Source: Spirochaetia bacterium (lineage in GTDB: Bacteria > Spirochaetota > Spirochaetia > DSM-2461). Taken from it: DNA of 64,000 nt. Within the stretch, counting starts at the first letter, position 1; each line of letters begins with the position of its first letter. Shown one piece after another: positions 1 to 9,223 of the stretch. Below the pieces are notes generated by a model. That model was not told the origin of the DNA and made no database searches. It saw only the letters and a list, made by a program, of their open reading frames with translations. Location of the stretch: contig OY764216.1 of assembly GCA_963668315.1 (NCBI GenBank), positions 2,560,001 to 2,624,000 on the forward strand, read 5' to 3'. Both the position numbers and the translations under genes were made by a program.

Positions 1-2
1 CT

Positions 3-680
3 CAGGGTGTTCCCACCGACACGACCAATACCAATCTCTCCATCGGAGGCGGGGCCGCTGCGGACAATACCTTTACCATGACCTTCGACAACCTGGGATC
101 CCTTGAATCGGCCTTCGACGGTGCGGGCAATCTGATTAACGAGGGGCGTCTGCAGGTTCCCATTACCTTTGACGTGGCCGGCGGTACTCCTCCCGAAGGG
201 GCGGAAGCCATGACCCAGACCTTCAACTTGAACCTGGGAGAGGTGGGAAGCTATGTGAATACGGTAACCCAGTTCGCCGAAACCTCCTCCACCAAAGCCT
301 ACTTTCAGAACGGTTATACCATGGGCTACCTGGAAACCTACAACATCGACCCCAACGGCGTCGTAACCGGCGTCTATTCCAACGGCAGCAACAGGGAGCT
401 GGCGAAAATCGCCCTGGCATCCTTCGTCAACCCCGGCGGTCTGGAGAAACAGGGGGAAACCATGTTCTCCGAGTCCATCAACTCAGGACAGGCCAACGTG
501 GGAGAAGCGGGCATCGCCGGTAAGGGAAAGTTCGTCAACGGCGCCCTGGAAATGAGTAATGTGGACCTCTCAAGCGAATTCGTGGACCTGATCGTGACCC
601 AGAGGGGGTTCCAGGCCAACAGCAAGACCATTACCACTTCCGATACCTTGCTCGATACGATTCTGAGCCTGAAACGGTAA
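3..680 (+). CDS. flgE: Flagellar hook protein FlgE (5' truncated by window edge)
   Basis: Frame is open from base 3. Hook C-terminal motif GALEMSNVDLSSEFVDLIVTQRGFQANSKTITTSD. Lies upstream of flbD-motAB. Confidence 0.96.
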   Translation, partial: QGVPTDTTNTNLSIGGGAAADNTFTMTFDNLGSLESAFDGAGNLINEGRLQVPITFDVAGGTPPEGAEAMTQTFNLNLGEVGSYVNTVTQFAETSSTKAYFQNGYTMGYLETYNIDPNGVVTGVYSNGSNRELAKIALASFVNPGGLEKQGETMFSESINSGQANVGEAGIAGKGKFVNGALEMSNVDLSSEFVDLIVTQRGFQANSKTITTSDTLLDTILSLKR

Positions 681-703
681 GGTTTGACAAGCAGGAGTAA
701 GCC

Positions 704-907
704 GTGATAGAGATTACGATGGAAGGAAAACAGGGGCGTAAGATCTATTTGAATCCCCATCAGATCGAATATATCGAGACTGAGGGGGAGCGGACAACTA
801 TTACCCTGCTTTCGGGAAAGAAATACGCCGTCATGGAGAATGAGAAAACCATAGTCGACAGGATTGTGGAGTACCGCCGGCGTATCGGCATTTCCATTTC
901 GGAATAG
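704..907 (+). CDS. flbD: Flagellar protein FlbD
   Basis: 67 aa with the IYLNPHQIEYIE...TTITLLSGKKYAV pattern. GTG start after AGGAG. Sits between flgE and motA. Confidence 0.9.
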   Translation: MIEITMEGKQGRKIYLNPHQIEYIETEGERTTITLLSGKKYAVMENEKTIVDRIVEYRRRIGISISE

Positions 908-931
908 TAAGAGAGAGTTTAAGGAGTATTT

Positions 932-1708
932 ATGGATATTGCAACGATAGGTGGTATCGGAGCTGGATTTGTTCTAATTGTCGGAGCCATCGTTTTAGCG
1001 GGTAACCCGATCAGTATGTTCATTGATCCCACCTCTTTCGTCGTCGTAATTCTGGGTTCTTTTGCGGCCTGTATGGTCGGTGTTCCCCTGGAAAGGGCTC
1101 TCAACAGTTTCAATTTTATAAAGATAGCCCTGAATATTCAGGTCTATAATAAAAGGGAACTTATCGATCAGCTGGTTCAGTTTGCCGACAGCGCCCGTAA
1201 AGAGGGCCTTCTATCCCTTGATGATGCTCTGAATGACGTGGAAAATGATTTTCTCCGTTCCGGACTCCGTCTTGTCGTGGACGGTACCGACCCGGATATC
1301 ATCAAGAAAATCCTTTATGCCGATATCGGGCAGATCCAGGGGCGCCATGAAGACGGCATCAATTTCATGGATATGTGGGGCGCCGTAGCTCCGGCCTTCG
1401 GAATGATCGGAACCCTCCTTGGTTTGGTCGGTATGATGGCGAACCTGGAAGATACCGCTTCGGTCGGTCCCAACATGGCCGTTGCCCTTATCACCACTCT
1501 GTACGGATCGATTTTTGCCAACCTTATACTGATTCCCATTAAAACCAAGCTTCAGGGCCGGGACAAGGAAGAGATGATCGTCATGGAAATCATGGTCCAG
1601 GGCATCCTCTCCATCCAGTCCGGCGATAACCCCAATCTCCTCAAGGAAAAACTTGAGAAGTTCCTGCCTCCCAATGAAAGGGAAGCCGCCGAAGAGGGAG
1701 GGGAATAG
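932..1708 (+). CDS. motA: Flagellar stator A subunit (MotA/PomA family)
   Basis: Motifs ARKEGLLSL, GLRLVVDG, APAFGMIGTLLGLV, MAVALITTLYG and GILSIQSGDNP. Confidence 0.97.
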   Translation: MDIATIGGIGAGFVLIVGAIVLAGNPISMFIDPTSFVVVILGSFAACMVGVPLERALNSFNFIKIALNIQVYNKRELIDQLVQFADSARKEGLLSLDDALNDVENDFLRSGLRLVVDGTDPDIIKKILYADIGQIQGRHEDGINFMDMWGAVAPAFGMIGTLLGLVGMMANLEDTASVGPNMAVALITTLYGSIFANLILIPIKTKLQGRDKEEMIVMEIMVQGILSIQSGDNPNLLKEKLEKFLPPNEREAAEEGGE

Positions 1709-1717
1709 GAGACGCCT

Positions 1718-2458
1718 ATGGCCGATGATGAAGAACAGGGAAAGTGTGTCATAGTCAAGCAGGGAGCCGCGGAGTGGATGACCACCTACTCCGACATGGT
1801 GACCCTGCTGCTCTGCTTTTTCGTACTGCTGATGAATCCCGAAGCGGTGGACGGGGCTCGTATGGAGCTGATCATGTACTCCTTCAACGGACTCGGTCCG
1901 CTGGCGGGGGGCAATACTCTGGAAGTGGGGGAGCTGGCCGAACTGGGCAACAGCATCATGTCCATGCCCTCCCAGAGCAAGGGGATAGGGCTTGATCAGG
2001 CCCGGAAGACGGCGGTTTCCCTCTTCAAGCCCGAGGTCCAGAGCGACAAAGTCAAGATAACCGAGGACGAGCGGGGGCTTGTCATCACGCTGGCGTCGGA
2101 TGTCTTCTTCCGGCCGGCCAGCGCGGAGCTGAACATGGAGCAGGCCCGGAGCGTCCTGACGAAACTGGCCGACCTTTTGACCATGGACAGCCTGGCGGAC
2201 AGGAAATTCCGCATCGAGGGGCATACCGATTCGAGCCCCACCGATCCGGACGGTCCCTGGCCCTCCAACTGGGAGCTTTCCGCCGCCCGTTCGGCCAATG
2301 TCCTGCACTATCTGACCGATTTCGGCTGCGATGAATTTCAGTTCCAGATCATGGGGGCAGCCCATACGTCACCCGTTGTTTATCCCGACGATACGGAGGA
2401 AGCCCGGGCGGAAAACAGAAGGGTGGATGTGATTATTCTGACCGACGGTCATTTGTAA
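1718..2458 (+). CDS. motB: Flagellar stator B subunit (MotB/PomB family)
   Basis: TM segment WMTTYSDMVTLLLCFFVLL. OmpA-like domain with IEGHTD, NWELSAARS and NRRVDV. Confidence 0.97.
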   Translation: MADDEEQGKCVIVKQGAAEWMTTYSDMVTLLLCFFVLLMNPEAVDGARMELIMYSFNGLGPLAGGNTLEVGELAELGNSIMSMPSQSKGIGLDQARKTAVSLFKPEVQSDKVKITEDERGLVITLASDVFFRPASAELNMEQARSVLTKLADLLTMDSLADRKFRIEGHTDSSPTDPDGPWPSNWELSAARSANVLHYLTDFGCDEFQFQIMGAAHTSPVVYPDDTEEARAENRRVDVIILTDGHL

Positions 2459-2479
2459 ACAATCGCATGACATTATGAA

Positions 2480-2508
2480 TTGCATAAATGTGAAAAAAAT
2501 GATAAAAT
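2480..2508 (+). promoter_or_regulatory. Putative internal sigma-70 promoter for fliL onward
   Basis: TTGCAT-N17-TAAAAT with a TG extended -10, in the AT-rich motB-fliL gap. Confidence 0.55.
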
Positions 2509-2592
2509 TTGGTTCGGGTTGGGTTTATCAAAATTAAAGGTTTTGAAAAACCGTATAATTTTATCCCGCGTGCAGTTAAGGAGTGAAGCCCC

Positions 2593-3147
2593 ATGGGTGA
2601 TGAAGAATTAGATTTAAGCCAGGTCGATGTTCAGGATGGGGACATTACGGGGGAGAAGAAAAAAAAAGGTCTCTCCGAGGGACTGGCCCGTATCCTTATC
2701 TGGACCGTGGGAATTCTGGTGGGCCTCATCGTGACCGTGACGGTCAGCGTGGTCACCTATAAAATCATGGACCGCAACAGCGTATCGCGCAACTTCCCCT
2801 CCGTCTCCAAGGAGTACGAAACCAAGCCGGAAGTCTACACCTACTTCAGCCTGATCAACCAGATACGCACCACCACCAACGATCCCACGAGGAGCAATGT
2901 CATCGTGAAGGTCCTTCTGGGCTACGACACGGACAAGGACAACACGGTGGGAGCGGAGCTGACTTCCAAGGTGGCTCCCCTGACCGACATGATACGGAAC
3001 TACTTCAGCAAGAAAACGGTAAGCGAACTTAAGCCGGACCAGGAGCAGGTCCTCAAGGAAGAGCTTAAGAGCATGGTAAACGGGATTCTCTCAACCGGCG
3101 TCATCAAGGATGTGGTGTTTGAGGAATTCCAGATAATAGAAGGGTAG
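2593..3147 (+). CDS. fliL: Flagellar basal body-associated protein FliL
   Basis: Single N-terminal TM segment. C-terminal DMIRNYFSKKTVSEL...LKEELK...IKDVVF pattern. Precedes fliM. Confidence 0.92.
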   Translation: MGDEELDLSQVDVQDGDITGEKKKKGLSEGLARILIWTVGILVGLIVTVTVSVVTYKIMDRNSVSRNFPSVSKEYETKPEVYTYFSLINQIRTTTNDPTRSNVIVKVLLGYDTDKDNTVGAELTSKVAPLTDMIRNYFSKKTVSELKPDQEQVLKEELKSMVNGILSTGVIKDVVFEEFQIIEG

Positions 3148-3155
3148 GTTAGGAT

Positions 3156-4181
3156 ATGACGGAAGTTCTGTCCCAGGACGAAATTGATCAGCTTCTCACT
3201 GCTATCTCCGCCGGGGACACGGAACCCATGGAAACCCAGCAGCCCCAGGACCGGAAGAACATCCGGATCTGGGATTTTCGTCGTCCCGACAAGTTTTCCA
3301 AGGAACAGATACGAACCATCAACTTCATGCATGAGACTTTCGCCCGTCTCACGTCAACCTCCCTTTCGGCGCAGCTCCGAAGTCTGGTTCACGTTCATGT
3401 GGCTTCGGTGGATCAGCTGACCTATGAGGAATTCATCCGCTCCATCCCTTCGCCCACAGCTCTTGCGGTCATCAATATGGACCCCTTGAAGGGATCGGCC
3501 ATTCTGGAAATCGATCCGTCCATCACCTTTTCCATTATCGACCGTCTGTTCGGCGGTACGGGAGACGGCTCTAAGATCACCCGGGAGCTGACCGAAATCG
3601 AAAGGTCCGTTATCGAATCGATTATCGTGCGGATCCTGGGCAACATGAGAGAGGCCTGGAGCCAGGTGATCGACCTGAGGCCGAGGCTGGGGCAGATCGA
3701 AACGAATCCCCAGTTCGCCCAGATCGTGCCCCCCACGGAAATGGTGGTTCTGGTAACCCTGGAGACCAAGGTCGAGCAGGTGGAGGGCATGATGAACTTC
3801 TGTATTCCCTACCTGACGATCGAGCCCATCATATCCAAACTGTCCGCCCAGTACTGGTATTCCACGGTCCGCCGCGGCACCACCACGGAGAACCTGAATA
3901 TTCTCCGGGACAGGCTGGCGGGAATCGGCATAACCATGTCCGCCGAGATAGGAAACGTCAGCGTTTCCATGAAGGACGTGCTGAATCTGAGAGAAGGGGA
4001 CGTCATCCGCCTTTCCAATACGAAGGTGAACGATCCCCTGTGCATAAAAATCGGCAACCGGCCGAAATTCGAGTGCCGCCCCGGACTCGTGGGTAAATCC
4101 ATGGCCGTACAGGTGACACGCAAGATAGAAGATATTGACCAGGACGAGTTCGAAGAGCTCGTATCCGAAGGAGAAGAGTAA
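3156..4181 (+). CDS. fliM: Flagellar motor switch protein FliM
   Basis: CheY-binding peptide LSQDEIDQLL, then DFRRPDKFSKEQ and ETNPQFAQIV, and a C-terminal SpoA domain. Confidence 0.98.
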   Translation: MTEVLSQDEIDQLLTAISAGDTEPMETQQPQDRKNIRIWDFRRPDKFSKEQIRTINFMHETFARLTSTSLSAQLRSLVHVHVASVDQLTYEEFIRSIPSPTALAVINMDPLKGSAILEIDPSITFSIIDRLFGGTGDGSKITRELTEIERSVIESIIVRILGNMREAWSQVIDLRPRLGQIETNPQFAQIVPPTEMVVLVTLETKVEQVEGMMNFCIPYLTIEPIISKLSAQYWYSTVRRGTTTENLNILRDRLAGIGITMSAEIGNVSVSMKDVLNLREGDVIRLSNTKVNDPLCIKIGNRPKFECRPGLVGKSMAVQVTRKIEDIDQDEFEELVSEGEE

Positions 4182-5500
4182 TGAGTGACGGCTCTCTGAC
4201 ACAAGATGAAATAGATGCTCTGCTGAGCGGTGATTCCGATGACAGCATGACCGGTGCCGCCGCCCCTTCTCCCGGTGCGGGCGGAAACAGCCTCAGTGAT
4301 TCGGAAGTGGAGGTTCTCTCCGGTCTCTTCAGAGAGGTCAACGAGGGACAGTCCGCCAGCCTTTCCGGCATCATGGTGACCACGGTAAGCCTGGGGAATG
4401 CCCGGTTCGATATACTGGACAAGGAGAGTTTTTTCTCCACCCTGCCCGATGAAGTCGTGGAGATCAAAGCCGATTATACCGAAGGGTTCATGGGGGGGCA
4501 CCTTTTTGTCCTCACCCCGGAAACGACCCTTAAAATCGCCGAGCCCATGATGGGGCAGACCGATCTGGAACTGGACGCTACGGCCATCTCTTCGGTCAGC
4601 GAAGCGGTTTCCCAGATCACCGGCGCGGCGGTCACGAAAATCGGCGACCGTGTGGGACGGAGCATCATGACCGAATCCCCCCAGGGACAGAGCGAGCCCA
4701 AGGCCATGCTCAATCTTCCGGGAAGTCCCTTTGTCCGCATTACCTATGATTTAAGCATTGAGGGGGAGCCTGTCCAGACTGTCTATGAGATCTTTCCCCT
4801 GGATATGATACGGGAACTGGCCGCCCTTATGGGCGCCACCGCCTCATCGGCCGAACCGGCCGATACGGGAGCCCAGCAGAATCCCTACGGCGGTCAGCAG
4901 ATGGGCGGCATGCAGCAGCCCGGCATGATGAACCAGCAGGGGGGCATGGGGCAGATGAATCAGATGGGCGGCATGCAGCAGCCTAATATGATGAACCAGC
5001 AGATGGGCATGGGGCAGATGAATCAGATGAACCAGCAGAATATGATGAACCAGCAGATGGGCATGGGGCAGATGAATCAGATGGGCCAGATGAACCAGAT
5101 GGGCATGGGCCAGATGGGCCAGATGGGCATGGGTCAGATGGGTATGAACCCCCAGATGATGAACATGATGGGAATGCAGCCCACACCCAATGTGCAGAGT
5201 GTCCAGTTTCCCGACTTTACCCAGAGCCTGAGCGGTTCGGAGCAGAGAAATATCAGCCTGCTCATGGACGTGGCCATGGAGATGACCGTAGAGCTGGGTC
5301 GGGCCAAATGGCTGATTAAGGATATCCTCGGCATGGGCGAGGGTACAATTGTGGAGCTTGACAAGCTGGCCGGTGAGCCGGTAGACGTGCTTGTTAACAA
5401 TAATCTCATTGCCAAGGGAGAGGTCGTAGTTATCGACGAAAACTTTGGCGTCCGTGTTACGGAGATTGTATCAGGTATGGATAAGATGACCGAAGGTTAG
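4181..5500 (+). CDS. fliY: Flagellar motor switch protein FliY (CheC-like domain, Q/M/G-rich linker, FliN domain)
   Basis: N-terminal LTQDEIDALL. C-terminal FliN domain MTVELGR...ELDKLAGEPVDVLVN...GEVVVIDENFGVRVTEI. Confidence 0.93.
   Translation: MSDGSLTQDEIDALLSGDSDDSMTGAAAPSPGAGGNSLSDSEVEVLSGLFREVNEGQSASLSGIMVTTVSLGNARFDILDKESFFSTLPDEVVEIKADYTEGFMGGHLFVLTPETTLKIAEPMMGQTDLELDATAISSVSEAVSQITGAAVTKIGDRVGRSIMTESPQGQSEPKAMLNLPGSPFVRITYDLSIEGEPVQTVYEIFPLDMIRELAALMGATASSAEPADTGAQQNPYGGQQMGGMQQPGMMNQQGGMGQMNQMGGMQQPNMMNQQMGMGQMNQMNQQNMMNQQMGMGQMNQMGQMNQMGMGQMGQMGMGQMGMNPQMMNMMGMQPTPNVQSVQFPDFTQSLSGSEQRNISLLMDVAMEMTVELGRAKWLIKDILGMGEGTIVELDKLAGEPVDVLVNNNLIAKGEVVVIDENFGVRVTEIVSGMDKMTEG
4892..5180 (+). 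repeat. In-frame Gln/Met/Gly/Asn low-complexity repeat tract within fliY
   Basis: Repeated cagatg/ggcatg units. An identical 45-nt block occurs at 4985-5029 and 5039-5083. Confidence 0.95.
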
Positions 5501-5532
5501 AATCCTATACGCCAAAAAACTCTGGGAGGGGT

Positions 5533-6126
5533 ATGAAAAAAGTTCTTGTTCTCTTGTTGTTCGCCATGACCTTTTCGGCGTTTCCCCAGGACGGGGAGGA
5601 GAAGGAATATCCGGTTATAGATGAAAGCACTCTCACCTTCGACTCGGCTCCTGAAGAAGCGGCTGAGGGGGGAGCTCTCTCTGAAAATCTCACCGGGGCG
5701 GGTATTTCCGCGTCCGATTATATCCGAATGATCTTCTTTCTTATTATCGTTATCGTCATCATATGGCTTTTTATTAAGCTTTTACGCCGTTATTCCGGAA
5801 ATCGCTTCGGCGATCAGGAAATGATAAATGTCATGGGCTCCCAGACACTGACGGCCGAGACCTCACTCCACGTGGTGGAAGTGGAGGGCAGCTACTTCCT
5901 CCTGGGCGCTTCCCAGAGCAATGTGGCCCTGATAACCAGGATCGAAGATCAGGAGACCATCGATTCGCTTAAGCTGAAAAGTTCACGCGACCATGACAGA
6001 AAGGGAAAAAGCTTCTGGGAAATGGTCTCCGGTATGAACCAGGGGCACAGCCAGCCCGGCGAGGACGCTTCGGTTCAGTCGGTGAATTTTCTTAAGCGCC
6101 AGCGCGACAGGCTGAAGGATCTGTAG
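5533..6126 (+). CDS. fliO: Flagellar biosynthesis protein FliO (FliZ)
   Basis: Signal-like N-terminus, one TM segment, SLHVVEVEGSYFLLGAS motif. Lies between fliY and fliP. Confidence 0.88.
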   Translation: MKKVLVLLLFAMTFSAFPQDGEEKEYPVIDESTLTFDSAPEEAAEGGALSENLTGAGISASDYIRMIFFLIIVIVIIWLFIKLLRRYSGNRFGDQEMINVMGSQTLTAETSLHVVEVEGSYFLLGASQSNVALITRIEDQETIDSLKLKSSRDHDRKGKSFWEMVSGMNQGHSQPGEDASVQSVNFLKRQRDRLKDL

Positions 6127-6127
6127 G

Positions 6128-6916
6128 ATGAGAAGATTCCTGCCCGTCCTGATCATATTTTTGCTTTTCTCCGTTTTTCTTTCTGCCCAGGATGCCGGCG
6201 ATGACGGTCAGGGGGCGGCACAGGTCCGGGGATTGAACATTCCCCTTCTGGATGTTTCGGTCAGACAGCCCGATACGAACCGGGATATGGCCTTTTCCAT
6301 CCAGCTTCTCGTTCTCCTTACGGTCCTGACCCTTGCTCCTTCCCTCGTCGTTATCATGACCTCCTTTCTGCGGGTCTCCCTGGTGCTGGACTTTGTCAAG
6401 AGAGCCCTGAGCCTGCAGCAGGTCCCGCCTGCCAGCGTCCTGATGGGAATCAGCCTTTTCATCACCCTGTTCATCATGTGGCCCACTTTCGAGCAGATTT
6501 ACCAGCAGGCCTACCTCCCCTTTGTCAACGAGGAGATCACCGTGGAGGAGATGGTCGACCGGGGGGCCGGCCCCATCCGCTATTTCATGTACCGTCAGGT
6601 AAGGGAGAATCCCGAGAATATCGCCCTTTTCATGAATATGCAGAATCTGCCCCAGCCGGAAACATTCGCCGACGTGCCGACCTATGTGCTGATACCCGCA
6701 TTTATCCTGAACGAACTGAAGATAGCCTTTCAAATAGGCATTCTCATCTATATCCCCTTTATTATCATCGATATGGTCGTGGCATCCATTCTTATGTCCA
6801 TGGGTATGATCATGCTGCCGCCGGTTATGATTTCCATGCCCTTCAAGCTGATTCTTTTCGTGCTGGTGGACGGATGGTCACTTCTGACCCGCCAGCTGAT
6901 CGAGAGTTTTCTCTAA
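6128..6916 (+). CDS. fliP: Flagellar export gate protein FliP
   Basis: Motifs LTVLTLAPS, LIPAFILNELKIAFQIG and MGMIMLPPVMISMPFKLILFVLVDGW. Confidence 0.98.
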   Translation: MRRFLPVLIIFLLFSVFLSAQDAGDDGQGAAQVRGLNIPLLDVSVRQPDTNRDMAFSIQLLVLLTVLTLAPSLVVIMTSFLRVSLVLDFVKRALSLQQVPPASVLMGISLFITLFIMWPTFEQIYQQAYLPFVNEEITVEEMVDRGAGPIRYFMYRQVRENPENIALFMNMQNLPQPETFADVPTYVLIPAFILNELKIAFQIGILIYIPFIIIDMVVASILMSMGMIMLPPVMISMPFKLILFVLVDGWSLLTRQLIESFL

Positions 6917-6931
6917 AACAAGGAGCAGATA

Positions 6932-7198
6932 GTGTCTATAGGTGATGTTGTCAATTTGATGAGACTGGGCATAACCGAGGTGGTTATGCTTTCCGGACCC
7001 GTCCTCATTGTGGCTCTGGTCGTTGGTCTGGTGATTTCCATTTTCCAGGCTACCACGTCCATACAGGATCAGACTCTGACCTTTGTTCCGAAAGTCCTGG
7101 CCATACTGGGAACCCTGGCCATGCTGGCCGGCTGGATCTTCAGTCAGCTCGTCACATTTACCGAGAATCTGTTCTCCACCATAAGTCAGATAGGCTGA
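6932..7198 (+). CDS. fliQ: Flagellar export gate protein FliQ
   Basis: Motif VGLVISIFQATTSIQDQTLTFVPK. GTG start after AAGGAG. Confidence 0.97.
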   Translation: MSIGDVVNLMRLGITEVVMLSGPVLIVALVVGLVISIFQATTSIQDQTLTFVPKVLAILGTLAMLAGWIFSQLVTFTENLFSTISQIG

Positions 7199-7218
7199 GA
7201 AGGAGACGGAGAAGAGAT

Positions 7219-8004
7219 ATGTTCGCCGAACTGATCCAGAACGGACAAACCGCCTTACTCATATTTGCCCGTATCATGGCCCTCTTCATGGTGGCTCCCT
7301 TCTTCTCTTCCTCCGCCTTTCCCGGATACGCCCGGGTCATTCTGGCCTTTTTTACCGCCGCCGCCTGCTATCCTCTGGTGGATTTTGCCATTCCCCAGAA
7401 CGGGATAGTCTTTGCCGTGATGCTGATTCTGGAAGCCCTTCTGGGGATTGTCATGGGGCTGATAATGCAGATTGTCTTTACCGTGTTCCAGGTGGCCGGG
7501 CAGATGTTCAGCGTTCAGATGGGTTTCGGCGCCTCTTCCACTTACGATCCTCTCTCCCAGGTGGAGATGCCCCTGGTCGGTCAGTTTTTTAACCTGCTGG
7601 GCATGCATCTTTTTATTACCGTGGGAGGAATGAGAAATCTTTTCCTCAAAGGGATATACAACTCCTTCAAGGCATTGAACGGTGCGGATATACTGGCCCA
7701 TCCCGATTTTCTCCAGCTTCTCTTCACCGGGGCTCTGGGGGGGGTCTTCCGGCAGGCCGTCCTCATCGCATTCCCCGTGATGGGAACCCTTTTCCTCGTT
7801 TCCCTGACCACCGGTCTTCTGGCGAAAGCGGCTCCCAACATGAACCTGCTCATGCTGGGCTTTCCCATTCAGATCGGCCTCGGCTTCCTTATGCTGTATA
7901 TGGCGGCCCCCTTCATCATTTCCAAAATGGGAGTGGTTTTTGACTGGGGATTCGACATGATCAACCGCCTTCTGCTCTACTATTTCCGGGGAGGTGTGAT
8001 GTGA
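7219..8004 (+). CDS. fliR: Flagellar export gate protein FliR
   Basis: Hydrophobic protein with VAGQMFSVQMGFG and KAAPNMNLLMLGFP motifs. Confidence 0.96.
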   Translation: MFAELIQNGQTALLIFARIMALFMVAPFFSSSAFPGYARVILAFFTAAACYPLVDFAIPQNGIVFAVMLILEALLGIVMGLIMQIVFTVFQVAGQMFSVQMGFGASSTYDPLSQVEMPLVGQFFNLLGMHLFITVGGMRNLFLKGIYNSFKALNGADILAHPDFLQLLFTGALGGVFRQAVLIAFPVMGTLFLVSLTTGLLAKAAPNMNLLMLGFPIQIGLGFLMLYMAAPFIISKMGVVFDWGFDMINRLLLYYFRGGVM

Positions 8005-9167
8005 CCGTGACGGGACTGCCCGAAGAACTCCTCAATCCCGAAGAACTTTACGCCTTCCCCGGGGAAAGCGCTCTCCTTTCCATGCACCTCCAGTGGTTCG
8101 CCGCCGAGGATGAGGGACGGACGGAGGACCCGACCGAAAGGAAAATGAAAAAAGCCTGGGAGGACGAAGGGAAAGTCGCCAAATCCTCCGAACTGGTTCA
8201 GGCACTGGTCCTGCTGTTTTCCTTTGCCGGGATCGCCCTTCTGGGGCGCTATATGATCTATCAGGTTATGGAGATGATGCGTTTCTTCTTCAATCAGTCC
8301 TGCACCATAGATGTGACATCCACCCGTATCGTCGGCTCCGCTTTCTACAGTTACTACTTCAAGCTGGTGGGACCTATTTTTCTCATTGCCGTGGCCGCCG
8401 CTGTTCTGGGGAATATCGTCCAGGTGGGCTTCCGGTTTACTTCAAAGGTCCTTACTCCCAATTTCAGCCGGATCGCTCCCAATTTCAAGAACTGGATCAA
8501 TAAAACGATATTCTCCGCCGAAGGGGCGTTCAATTTTTTCAAGACAATATTCAAGGTTATCGTGATCGGGGTTATCGCCTATTTGAATATAAGAAATCAG
8601 ATTCCCCGTTTGGCCAATACCATCAATATGCCCCTGTCCAATGCGGTCACCGTCGCCCTGGGGGCGGGATTCCGCATCCTCATGGAAGCCACTCTCTTCT
8701 TTCTGGTCCTGGCCATACCGGATATGCTGTACCAGCAGTGGCAGCACAGGGAATCGCTCAAAATGACCAAGCACGAAGTGAAGGAAGAGTATAAGGAGAT
8801 GGAGGGAGACCCCCATGTCAAAGCCAAGCTGCGTCAGAGGATGCAGGAAATCCGCCGTGCCAGTATGATGCAGAACGTCCCCAATGCCAATGTGGTCATA
8901 ACCAACCCGACCCATTTCGCCGTCGCCCTGGAGTACAAGCAGGAGACGATGATCGCTCCCGTCGTTATTGCCAAGGGACAGGACAATATGGCTCAGAGAA
9001 TTAAGGAGATAGCCCGGGAGAATCACGTACCCATTGTGGAAAACAAGCCGCTGGCCCGGGCGCTCTTCGCCAGCGTGGAGATAGGCGATCCCGTACCGGA
9101 AGAGTACTGGCGCCTGGTCGCTGACATCCTCAGCACTCTTATGGAGGTGGAACGCCGTGCCCGATAA
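8001..9167 (+). CDS. flhB: Flagellar export switch protein FlhB
   Basis: RTEDPT, KEMEGDPHVK and the autocleavage site ITNPTHFAVAL. Start codon uncertain. Confidence 0.97.
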   Translation: MTVTGLPEELLNPEELYAFPGESALLSMHLQWFAAEDEGRTEDPTERKMKKAWEDEGKVAKSSELVQALVLLFSFAGIALLGRYMIYQVMEMMRFFFNQSCTIDVTSTRIVGSAFYSYYFKLVGPIFLIAVAAAVLGNIVQVGFRFTSKVLTPNFSRIAPNFKNWINKTIFSAEGAFNFFKTIFKVIVIGVIAYLNIRNQIPRLANTINMPLSNAVTVALGAGFRILMEATLFFLVLAIPDMLYQQWQHRESLKMTKHEVKEEYKEMEGDPHVKAKLRQRMQEIRRASMMQNVPNANVVITNPTHFAVALEYKQETMIAPVVIAKGQDNMAQRIKEIARENHVPIVENKPLARALFASVEIGDPVPEEYWRLVADILSTLMEVERRAR

Positions 9168-9223
9168 GAGTTTATTTCCATGGCGGACGGGCCTGAAACA
9201 CCGGGCCCATAAAGGAGGTCTCA

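Noticed and set aside
684..713. TTGACA just after flgE as an internal promoter
   Set aside because: There is no good -10 box at the right spacing, and it would overlap the flbD RBS and start.
4892..5180. CRISPR-like or mobile repeat array
   Set aside because: The repeats are in-frame codon repeats inside fliY with no unique spacers.
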